In this document: positions 37,551 to 49,022 of the stretch, one piece after another
Position numbering within the stretch: the stretch's first letter is position 1
How the letters are laid out: each line of letters opens with the position of its first letter
From: Hyphochytrium catenoides
Lineage: Eukaryota; Protista; Hyphochytriomycota
Assembly (NCBI GenBank): GCA_900088475.1
Contig: FLMG01001776.1
Span: forward strand, 1 to 54,330
Direction of reading: 5' to 3'
DNA length: 54,330 bases
Notes under the pieces: generated by a model
Database searches by the model: none
What the model was told of the DNA's origin: nothing
Seen by the model: the letters and a program-made list of their open reading frames with translations, nothing else
Made by a program: the position numbers and the translations under genes

Positions 37551-40295
37551 TTAGAAAGGATTGACCCGCACTCCTGAACACGTAGGAGAGAAGGGAAAGA
37601 CGTCTGCCAACATCACTGCCTCGGACTGACTGATTGCCGCCTCTTTGCCGTCCAGATAGAACGGTTCACCCTATCGCCCACCGCGAGAGATACGAAAGAG
37701 GGACAGCGTGAGCTTACGACCGTCTATGCGTGTGATTCTCTCCTTGAGTTCGGCTCTCTCTTCCCAGGTTCTCTCACTCTCTGTTCCACACCCTGCTGTT
37801 CCCTATCTCCCTTGTCCTTGATAAACCGTACACCGTTCATAGGTCGATATTTCCAAGATTCATCCTCTGCGTTCTTCAACTCAGCGAGCGGCACGCTCTA
37901 GTTTGGGCCTTTGCTCTGCTCTCTCTCTCTGTCTTTGTAGCCCGCCTTCTATCTCGCTCTATCTCCCTTCTCAGCTAAAGCCTGTCTCGATGTTACCTGA
38001 ATTTTGCCTCCAGAGATAAGAGAATCTATTTCCTGCCCCGGCGTGTGACTGGGCGGCAGGTTCGATCCTGCCAACACTACCACTTTTGCCTCTGCCCGGA
38101 GCTTCTCCACTCTCTCGTTCGCAAGTGAGGCAGAATCAAAGTCAGACAGAAGGCGGGAGAGCTCTCGGAAAGTGCTAGAGTCCACCTCCGCCTGATGCTT
38201 CGCCAGTCTTTTCCGTAGCTTAGACGGCTCATATCCTACTTCCAAGCTCGATTCTGGTTGAAAAGAGAGTTGTCAGACCGGCAGGCGGCGGAAGAAAGCG
38301 AAGTGAGAGGCCAAAGGGTGACAGAGAAAGCTCTAAGAACAGTCGAGCACTCGGGCGAGAGACAGAGGACGTGGCGGAAGCGGGAGAGTGACGTAAGAGA
38401 GCTGAAGTGAGAGGGAGAGAGAGCATCATCCGCTCTACCTAGCGCAAGAAGCTTCTCTGGGCTGATGGGAAAATCAAGATTTCTTCTTTTGATCAGCATC
38501 CGGAGGAGAGAGAAGAGAAAAGAGAGGAGGGGCCAGTAACCCTTCCACATAGCTCTACGGCCAGAAAGAGAGTCAAGGTAAGAGGAATGAAAAAAGATAG
38601 TTAAAGGCTTAGGAGAGTTAACGAGTCGCCGTGTGCGGATAGCGGTAGGTAAGAGGAATCAGGAGGAAAGAGGAGCGCCAACGAACTCGTTTTAAGGTAA
38701 ACAAAGCACGAGCAAGGCAGCATGATGACTACACTGAGCGACAGACCTCAGTATTCCGCAGTAGCAGAGATACGCAAGCAGCTCATCCCTGAGCTCACTG
38801 CGGATTGCAGTGCAATCCACCGCTCGCAAGGCCTGCGCCAGGGCATCGACCGCGTAACAGTCATACTCCCCTGCAGAGAGTTTCTCTCGCAAGGCGGAGA
38901 TGCTACGAGCAGATAAACAGTACGCAGAGCCAGCAGAGAAGAAGAGAGAGTGAGAAAAAGTTGAGAGGAGAGAGAAACCTCCATCAGCATAGCAGAACGG
39001 CATCCGAAGAGAGAGGACGGAGATCCCTCCAGGTTCAAGAGCAAAGGCAGCGTTGGAACAAGGGCCAACCATCGTCGGACCAGGACTTTCAAAGGGGAAA
39101 TGAACGCTTTAACTCTGTCGACAGAGCAAAGAGAGGCATCAAGTCAACTGCATCAAAGGAGAAAGCATGTGATGGTCACACAAGAGTTCACGGGAAAGAT
39201 TGTGAAAGATGAAGAGGGAGAAAACGGAAAGAAAGAGAGAGGGAGCGAGAGAGAGAGTCGATACCCCATCAGAGCGCTCTTCTCATAGTCTCGACTGAGA
39301 AGCGTGCACACCAGAGCGTCAAACCCTCTATCCTTTGCTGAAGAGAGCTTTTGGGCCTGTGCTTTATGCTCCTGAGGATTGTTTGAAATGTTTGCCAGCT
39401 TGTAAAGGCGCGGGATCAGGTCAGGCGGATAATGGAAGCCAGCGCATAGAAGCTTCAACTGTTAATGAAAAGGACAGAAAGAGTAGAGTGTGAATACGAT
39501 CACTGTAACAAAGAGCAAGCTAGACAAGAGAAAAAGATGGGTTGGGACACCGGAAATGTGTCATACGGTACATTAAGATGGAAGAGAGAGAGCGGGAATT
39601 CGCGGTGGCAGAGCATCGCATAGGGTTGCACCGTACGAGGTTACAAATCTAAGGGATAATGGGAGAAAGGACGTTTGTTCACGGAGAGAATGGAGGGGAA
39701 GAGAGAGAAGAAGGAGAGAGAGAGAGAGAGAGAGATTGAAACAAAGCGGAAAGATAGGGCGAGGGATAGCAGGATGCATGCCTCAATGTCACCGCCATCC
39801 AGCTCTTGCAATAATTTCACTGCCAGCTCAAGCTCGCCCTCTCGTAGAGCTCGCTGTGAGCACCGCCTTACTGCTGTCTCATCCTGGACCAGACGTTGAA
39901 CGGCAGCGAAGAGCAAGACAAACGGATGCACGTTTAAACAGAAAAAGAGGGAGAGTGGGGTATGTGAAAAGGAGGAGAGAGGGAGGGGAAGGAAGAGAGA
40001 CAGAGAGAGAGAGACAGAGAGAGAGAGATATGGTGGGAAGGGTGAGGGAGGGAGACTATCGAGGGATTCACAGAGGTCCTCGTCACGCTCTGCTAGAAGG
40101 AGATAGACCAGACTCACCTGTTGGCCTAGAGCTTTAGACAAGCAGTAGGCCATCAGAGTCTCGTTGCCTCGGAGAAGTCTCTTGATCGCGGCTTACAGAG
40201 GAGAGAAGCATTAGTTTTTATCGAGACATTTGGACTTATAGCGCTATCTATGTCCGGCTGGTTATGTCTCCTTTCAATGAAGCCGAGCTGCTGCC

Positions 40296-40335
<40 letters not shown>

Positions 40336-42838
40336 TTCTCTTTGCCTGGCAGAGGTTCATGAGCCTTCAAAGTGTACCGTGGTCTGTACGTTCTGTCTCT
40401 CCTACCTTGGCCATCGCCTATCGAGAGGTGAGCGGCAGCAGCTAGGACTATCTCTCCTTCAAGGAAGTATAGTTCCGCCAGGTCATCGATGACTTCCCTC
40501 AGCTTTGGGTTTTGGAAGTCGTGAGGAGCAGATGAAGACTCTCCTTTTGCTCCTGCGCTTGCCTTGGCGTCTCTAGCAGATCTCTAAGCATAGGAGAGAT
40601 GCCACAGCAGTGATAAGAGCAAGAGAGGAAAGGAGAGACAACGAGGAGAGCATGTAAATTAGACAGTCCTCTGTATGACAGACAGAGACCGAGAAAAAGC
40701 AAACAAGACGCAGGAAAAGAGAGGCACAGACCTCTTTAGGGCTCTTAGCCTCCGCAGGATGATGATCAGGAGCCTCCTGTAAGTGCCTCTCCTGGTCTTG
40801 GTCCTGCACGCCAGAGGATACCGTTCGGTGCAATGGAGAGACGAGGTACGGTGGAGGAGAAGAGGAGCCCAAGTAACAGAAAGGCGGAGAGAGAGAGTGA
40901 GTGAGAGAGAGAGAGAGAGACAAGGCAAGAAAGAGAGACACAAGGCGAGACGGCGAGAGACAAGGCGAGAGGAAGAGAGACAAGGCGGGAGAAATAGAAA
41001 AGGAGGGACTCAATATCGGGCAAGGATGTAGTCCTTTGAAGGCTGGCCTCTATCTGTTTCAAATACATTTTTATCTGTTTTTCACCCTTTCCTTACCTCC
41101 GCCAGACAGACAAGGAGAGCAGCTTGATGCTCCTTCCTTCTCATGTACACTTCTGTGCACTGTCCTCTCTTCCCTGTTGCCAAGAGAAAAGGAACAGCTT
41201 TTGCTTCCTCTTTCTTGGCCAGAAAGAGTGCATACTGCTCACACACGTCCTGGGAGCATGGAACGAACAAGAATGAGGTGGCTATATGGTCAAGAACGAG
41301 AAGGTAGTCTCTCAGTCCATCTCAACGTCCCCTCTTTTTCCACTTTCTCTCTTCTTCCCTGCTCTTTGTTCCTTTCCTTTCTTCTATTGTTTCTCTCTTT
41401 GTCATCCGCGCTTTCTTGGTTCTTGACCCAGGATGTCATTCCTCGTTTGCGCACCTTCCAGAAGGCCAGAGAGACTGAGGGAGCGATGGAGATAGCGTGC
41501 TCCCAGTGACCGAGCTCCATGTGGATCTCGCAGTACCTAAAAAGCGAAAGCCTTGTGAGCTCCTTTGGCCGCGCTCTTCTCTCTGCTCCGTCTCTCTTCT
41601 CTCCGCTCCGTCTCTCTTCTCTCCCTCTCTTTTCCTTCTCTTTTCTGGTATCTTAACACTTTTCCCTAGCGGTATCTCACTATAGGCAACGTTGCCGCTC
41701 TTTGGTATCTTCCTAGAGCCACTTTGAGAAGAGCGGCGTCTTCTGGAAGAGTACCATGCTTTCTTGGCCGTCTTTCTCCCTCTCTCTCTCTCTTTCTGGT
41801 TCTCTCTCGCTTTCTCTCACTCTCTCACAGTTCTGTCCTCCTCGCTCGCTCTGTGCAGCTGGACCTCTTTCTTGACTGTCTCTGCAAGCACCCACAGACT
41901 GTGATACTTACCGCTGGGTATCTCCAAGCTGGAGGAATTTTAGGGCTGCGTTCTCCAGCATTTCTGCTCTCTTCTTCTGAGAAAGGCCTCTTTAGTTAGG
42001 GGAGAATGAGAGAGAAAAAGGGTGTGTGTGTGAGAGGGAGAGAGAGAGAGAGAAGAGAGAGGAAATTTGAAGAGTTGAAATGTAGAAAACGCCGCCATTG
42101 AGAATGGGACGGATGGCGAACAAGTGACGGGAAGCAGAGACAAAATAGAGACGGCAAGGTAGTGACGAACAACTGAGGGGATCTCTCTCTCTCTCTCTCT
42201 CTCTCTTTCTCAGTGGGAAGACAGAAGAACATCCGGGAACTGAGGGGCTCTCTTTCTCTCTCTCTCTCAGTTTCTTTGTCTTGGTGTCTCACCTAGCTGT
42301 GGCCCTGCCCGCTACGCTTTCCGCTTTAGAGCGGTTCAGTGCTAGCAGTTCGTCGACAGGGACTAATGCTCGAGGCCCGAGAAGTTCTTCGTCGGCCTGA
42401 GAGGAAGCTAACAGAGAGAAGGCTCAGAAGTCAAGGGAAAGAGATTCTGAAGAAAAGGGAAAGCTGCAAAAGGGAAGAAATCAAAAAGTGTGAAGAAGAT
42501 GTTGAGCTAAGGAAACACAAGGGAGAGTAGTCCAAAAGCGGCGGCCCCTATGTCTACCTTCTTTTCTTCCTTTCTTTCCCTTGCTGGAGCCACTCATTGC
42601 AAGCTGCCACAGCTGTGAAGAGTTATTGAACCCTCCAAAGTAGTCAAAGAGCATCTGGCGCGGAAAAGAGTGAGGGAGAGAAAGAGAGAGAACGATATGA
42701 ATATAGTCACATCGATCCACAGTCTTTATATAGAAAGTAAAGAGAGGCACTGATGGTCGTTTGAAGAAGAAGAAAGATCAGAGCTAAGAGAGTGAGAGAA
42801 AAACGAGCCTCCAACCGGGAAGACAGCAAGGTTCGGAC

Positions 42839-42891
<53 letters not shown>

Positions 42892-44081
42892 AGGAAACTC
42901 GGGCAAAGGGGACACTGTAGAGAGTAAGAGGCAGCGTACCTTATACCTCGCCTCCGCTCTCTCTTCCTGCTCCACAGCATCCTTCAGCTGTAGGGCGGCT
43001 ATCCCGTAAAGGCTGCCGTCTGAAGGAAGAGAAAGGAGATCATCCCAGCCTAAAAGATTATTAGGTTAGGTGCCTCACTGCTTAATTGTCTGCTGTCTCT
43101 CCCTTCCTCGCGCTTGTCGTATGTTCCTCTAGCACGTTCTTCTTCTTCCTGCTAAGCAGCGTCTATCATGGATCTCAGTATCTCTGTCTGCGTCGTTTCG
43201 CCGTGTATATCTTGTCTATTTGTGCCATCACCGGCAATCTAGAGACTCTCTCTCGCCCCGAACCTCTTTCTCCTTCATCAGCTCTCTTCCTCCCTAACCT
43301 GCTAACTGCTTCTTGGCCACCGCTTTTTGCCATTTGTTCTCCACAATGAGAGCCAGCTTCGGCTTCTCCAACTCAGGGCAGCACAAGGACCAAAACCTGC
43401 ACTTGCGATGAGCTGCGTCAGAGGCATAATAGCTTCAAACCTTGTTAAGTTTATGGAGAGAGAGAAGAAAAAAAGAAAGAGAAGAGAGTCGGAGAGGGCA
43501 GACGATTGAGACAGAGGCAGCGGCGAGATGCAGCGGACCGTCGAGCTGGAGAGAGACACAGTGAACTGCAAGGGACAGGCTAAAAAAGTCCAAGCCATAG
43601 GGTAAGCAGAATGAAGACTCTTGCTGGTGTGAGAGAGGAGAGAAGAGAAAAGAGAGAAAGAGAGAAAAAGGAGATAGGTCGTGCCTCATCGTAGTATCTC
43701 GAGAAGTGGAGACGAAATCAAACGGCCGCAGAGGGTGGCAGGAGAGAGAATAGACGTCCGCTTGATGCTCCTGCATTACCCTAGAGACCGGACAAAAGGA
43801 CAGATTGGGAGAGAGAGTGAGACAGAGAGAACGAATGGGGCAGAGAGAGAGAGACAAAAGCAATATTCGAAAAGTTAAAAGCAAGGTAGGGACACGGAAA
43901 GATGCGAGAACTGAAGGAGTGACAGGGAGGAAGAGAAGGAAACTCATGCGATCAAGCAGTCGCTGCAAGGAAGAGAACGCATAAACTTAGAAGAAGAGAC
44001 AGATGGCAAATTGAAAGGAGGGAGACACAGCACGGAGAGTGAGGTTGTAGGAGAGAGAGAGCGAGAGAGAGCGAGGAGAGC

Positions 44082-44113
<32 letters not shown>

Positions 44114-46111
44114 ACGAAAGCGAGAAAGCGAGAGAGGGAGAGAGAGAAGGACAAAGAGAGACCAAGAGAGAGAGAGAAAGATATGAGAGAGAGAGAAGGT
44201 GCGGCGGCGGGGGAGAAGGGGTTCTATTCTCCCTAACCGTATGCAGTTCTTGGTGCGTATGTCCCACAGTCTGATGGTACTGTCCCAGCTCCCACTCAGC
44301 AAGTAGTAGGGCAGCGCCGAGCAGAAAGCTAGACCTCTACACCACAAGAGCAAGAGAGAGAGAGAACGAGATGAAGAAGTGTGCGGGAGGGAGAGCGGGA
44401 AAGTGCAAGAGAGGAGAGAGAGAGAGGGGGAAAGCGTAAGAGTGGAGAGAAAGAGGGAAGGCATAAGAAACGAGACAGCTAGGGAAGACAGAGATGAGCA
44501 TGAGGGAGGAAGAAAATGAGAGAGAGAGAGAGAACAGATGAGTTGCTGAAAGAAATAGAGAAAGTGCCTCAAAACCGCCACAAAGCAAGGCAATTCAGAG
44601 AACTTAAATAGCTGGAGTAGACGCAGTCCTGAAGAGAAAGAGAAGAAAGGTCACGGCTTGGCCAACGACTGAAAACCTTTTTTGCCTGTTTATCCTACCT
44701 GACATTGTGAGAGTGCCCTCTGAGCATCGCCAACGGCTCTTCTCTCCTCCCGACCTCCCACAGTCCAACCGCCTGGTCGTCAGAAGCGGTGGCGAGCAGA
44801 AAGGGAACTGAAGGGGACCAAACAGTGCTAAAAACACGGGCCTACCAGAAAGATAGAAGGAGGAAACAAGGCATTGCGAGAGAGAGAGAAAAAGAGAGAG
44901 AGAGAGGGAGAAAGAGAGAGAATGAAATTGAGAGAGAGTGAGAGAGAAAGAGGGACAGAGAGAAAGAGAGAGAGTGAGAGAGAGAGTGAGANNNNNNNNN
45001 NNNNNNNNNNNNNNNNNNNNNNNNNNNNNNNNNNNNNNNNNNNNNNNNNNNNNNNNNNNNNNNNNNNNNNNAGAGAGAGAGATGGAGAGAGAGGGAGGGA
45101 CAGAGGGCGAGGGTGAGGCGAGTTGAAGGGGGTCTGGACACTAATGGTGACAACGACATCCGAGGGAGTGTGAGAGAGAGAGAGGGCATAAAGCAGGGAG
45201 CTAGAAAGAGAGACAAGGAGTTTTGCACAGGAGTCAGAGCCAGATGGAAAGAGAAATTCACATGCGTCTCAGACAAGCCGTCCAATCTTTTAGCTTGGTG
45301 GAGACAAAGAGAGAGAGAGAGAGAGAAAGAAATTCCAATCAACAAAGAAAATAGGTGAGAGAGAGAGTAGGGTCGCTCCTTCCCCCAAATTGTCGCACGC
45401 CCAAGGTCTCACCTTGTGTCCAACGCCCTTCCATTCCTCCTTCTTGTTGTCCGAAGAGAGGCGAAAGGCCCACACCGTCCCATCATGACAGCCCACGGCC
45501 AAGAGCTCTGCAAAGGAAGATATAAGGCATGAGAGAGAGTGGAGGAGGATCAGAGAGAGAGAGAGAGAGAGAGACGGAGAAGGAAGGAGCTGGGTCCAGG
45601 ACATGACAGACGTGACGCAACGTGCTGAGAGGGAAAGGCAACAAGATGGACGACTGAAGGAAAGAAGGGGCCCTAGATCTCGGACCGGAGAAAGGAGTTA
45701 CCCGGGTCGTCAGGACTCCAGCTGCAGCCATAAGCCGCCTCAGGGAGAGAGAAGGTGGCTGTCTCTCTCCCTTCGTCCGCAGAGATCACTGAGAGCTTTC
45801 CACTGCCTGACGCTGAAGCAATGAGGAGTGGGTTGCAAGCGTTCCACTCTACTCTAAAGACTGATTTCTCATCCACTGACAGCTTCTGAAGGAGCTTTGG
45901 CTGCTCGGTGTCCCAGATAACCACTTCCTGCGACATGAAAGAAAAGGAGAGAACGGGATAGATATAGATATTGGAAGAAGAGAGAGAGAGAGAGAGAGGA
46001 AGAGGTACGAGAGGAAGAAAGGGATTAGCAGGAGAGAGACCTTGAAGAAAAGAGAAAAGAGAGAGAACAGAGCCTCAGGAACATCCGGGCAACGAATAAT
46101 GTGCATCCGAG

Positions 46112-46154
<43 letters not shown>

Positions 46155-46383
46155 GGGGAGGAAAGAATTTAGGGATATAAAGAGAGTCAGGGCCCGTGGA
46201 GGCTCGTCTTACTCCTGCCGCTGTGCCACAGACTAGTCGATTGTCATGCCCTGGAGCCCAAGAAACCGTGTAGATGGCGCTGGTTACCTCTCTCGAAGAG
46301 AGCGTCATAAGACTCTGTAGGGATGATCCAAGCGGCAGCGAGCAAGAGAGAGAGGGAGAGAGACGGACACACAGACAGAGAGG

Positions 46384-46419
<36 letters not shown>

Positions 46420-47086
46420 NNNNNNNNNNNNNNNNNNNNNNNNNNNNATCAGAGGTCCCGCTCGTCCATCTCTTTCTTCTCTCAAGAGCACTAAGATGCC
46501 CTAGTGGTAGGGCTAGCATCTTCTCTCCCTTTCTCGGGGATGTCCTTACTCCTCTCTCTTCCTCCCTCTCTTTGTCTCTCTCTCTCTTTTGTCTCTCTCT
46601 CTTTTGTCTCTCTCTTTTCTCTCTCTCTTCTCTCTTTCTCTCTCTCTTCTCTTTCTCTCTCTCTCTTCATTCTCCTTGTGCGTACCTTTCTCCCTGGTAC
46701 CGCCCAGAGCTTTAGCCTGGCGTCGAAGGCTGCGGACGCGATAATGTCAGGACTGGAAGGTTTGAAAGCTGCGTGGAAGATTGTCTCCTGGTGTGTCTGC
46801 GTCGTCTGGAAGAGAATCCGCTGGCTTGACAGATGGAAGATGACCACACTTCCATCTTCCAAGGAGCAGAGAAGACTGGGAAAGGAGAAGAGTCATTTCG
46901 GCAGATAAAAAGGAAAAAGGGACAACAGAGAGTTATAGGAGAGAGAGAGAGAGAAAGGTTAGGCTAACAGAGAGAAGTCAGAGTGATTTTGTGCTAAAGC
47001 AAGAGGGAGAAGAGTAGGATGGCGAGGGCCACATCAAGGAAGTGAACTTCGGGTGGGATTGCTAGAGAGGGAGATAGACGGAGAGA

Positions 47087-47142
<56 letters not shown>

Positions 47143-47435
47143 CACTGTCGGCTCGTTAGGAAGGAAAGACCTTTCAAGCTTGGTTAGAGGGACAACATAG
47201 AGAATCCCGTGCTCTTGGACCTTCACGACCTCGAGCGGGTGCTTCTGAGAGACGTTCCACAGTCGTAAAACACCTAAACGCACCAATCAGGAAGGCGCCA
47301 GAGAAGAAGAGAAAGAGAAAGGAGAGAAAATAACGGAGGGAGAGGAGAGCGGGGAGAAGAGAGAGAGAAACCGGGACGTGGTGAGAAGAGGGGACAGCGA
47401 AGGAGGGTTGCAAGTCAAGTGCCTCGCAGACTCTT

Positions 47436-47469
<34 letters not shown>

Positions 47470-48840
47470 GGGAGAGAAGAGTGCGTAGAAAGGGCCCTGC
47501 ATATACCATTTCTGGACGTTCCTGAGACGAAGCTTCCTGGCGCCCAAGGGAGCCACGTCAGGTGCTCCACACCTAGGGAGAGAGACCCAGAGAGAAGAGA
47601 GCCGAAAGGAGTTAGCGATGACTAAACAAAGACTGAAGAGAGAGAGAGAGACACACACACAGGAAGGACGGAAAGAGAGAGGAAGAAGAAGAGAAGGAGA
47701 GAGGAAGAGATAAACGAGAGGGAGAAGGGAAAACTGAGAGATAAGAGATGAATGAAGAGGGAGACAGAGAAAGAGCGACACATGCCCACACATCGCGAGA
47801 GAGAGAGCTCGAGACAAAGAAAGAGACAGACAGGAAGAAAGAGTTCTTGATTAGACGAGGAGAACTGATGCTCCGATGAGATAATGTGGGACAGCCTCTT
47901 TCATAACTCTTATCTAACGCTGTCTTTCTCTCTCTTGTCTCTCTCTCTCTCTCTTTCTCTTTTTCTCTCTCTCTCTCTCTCCCCGTTACCTGTAGGTTGC
48001 CGTTCGAAGGTATTTACCTCCGTCATACTCTCTATGTCCCAGAGAGATATTGAATGGGAAGAGAAACCTAAGAGAAGATGGGAGGAAGAGAGAGAGTCCC
48101 ACTTCATGTCTACAAGCTTTAACCAGAGAGAGTGCATGTTAGCCGGCATATGGAAGGGTTGAGAGAGAGAGAGAGAGAGAGAGCGTATTGGGCAATGAAG
48201 AGAGAGAGATAGAGAGACAGAGAGAAAGAGAGAGACAGAAAGAGAGAGAGACAGAGAGAGAGTATTGGGCAATGGAAAGATAGGAAATAGGAGAGTGAGA
48301 AGGAAGTGAAGAGAAAACAAACAGGAGAGAGAGAGAGAGAGACTACGCGAGAGGAGGCAGAGAGGGTCAGGGAGCAGCAAGAAGAGAGACTTTGAAGAGG
48401 CAAAGGCCCACAGAGATTCTTCTAAAAAGAACGAGAAAGGGAGTTATTAAGGCAGAAGAAGAAGAGGAGAGATGGGAGAAGTAGCTGCATGCACGGACCC
48501 CGAGCTTATTCTCTGCAATAGTGAGACCCTTGCTCTTCCGACTGCCAGCGTCGATGGTGAAGGAAGCGCCGTCACTTGAACAAAGTGAAGGGAGAGAAAG
48601 AGAGAAAGGGAGAGCAGCAGTAGCGGGCAAAGGCAACAAAAGAAAGGCGCTGAGAGGAAGAAGGTCGACTAGCCAAACCAGATTGATGGTCTTTCTGTCT
48701 CTCTCTCTCTCTTTCTCTCTCCTTTACCTCGGTCAAACTTTTTTGCCCGTCTCTTCCTCTTTATTCCTCTCTCTTCAGAGGTCTACAGAGTGATATCCTT
48801 CTCTTCATCTGTGTCTCCTCTCTCTCTCTCTCCCTCTCTT

Positions 48841-48883
<43 letters not shown>

Positions 48884-48985
48884 ATGTCAATAAATAAAGG
48901 AGAGAGAGAGCGGATCATGTTGAAGAGATACTTTCTGGAGTCAAAGGTCAAGCCAAGATAACGGTCCTTCTGACTCCTTGTCCCT

Positions 48986-49022
<37 letters not shown>

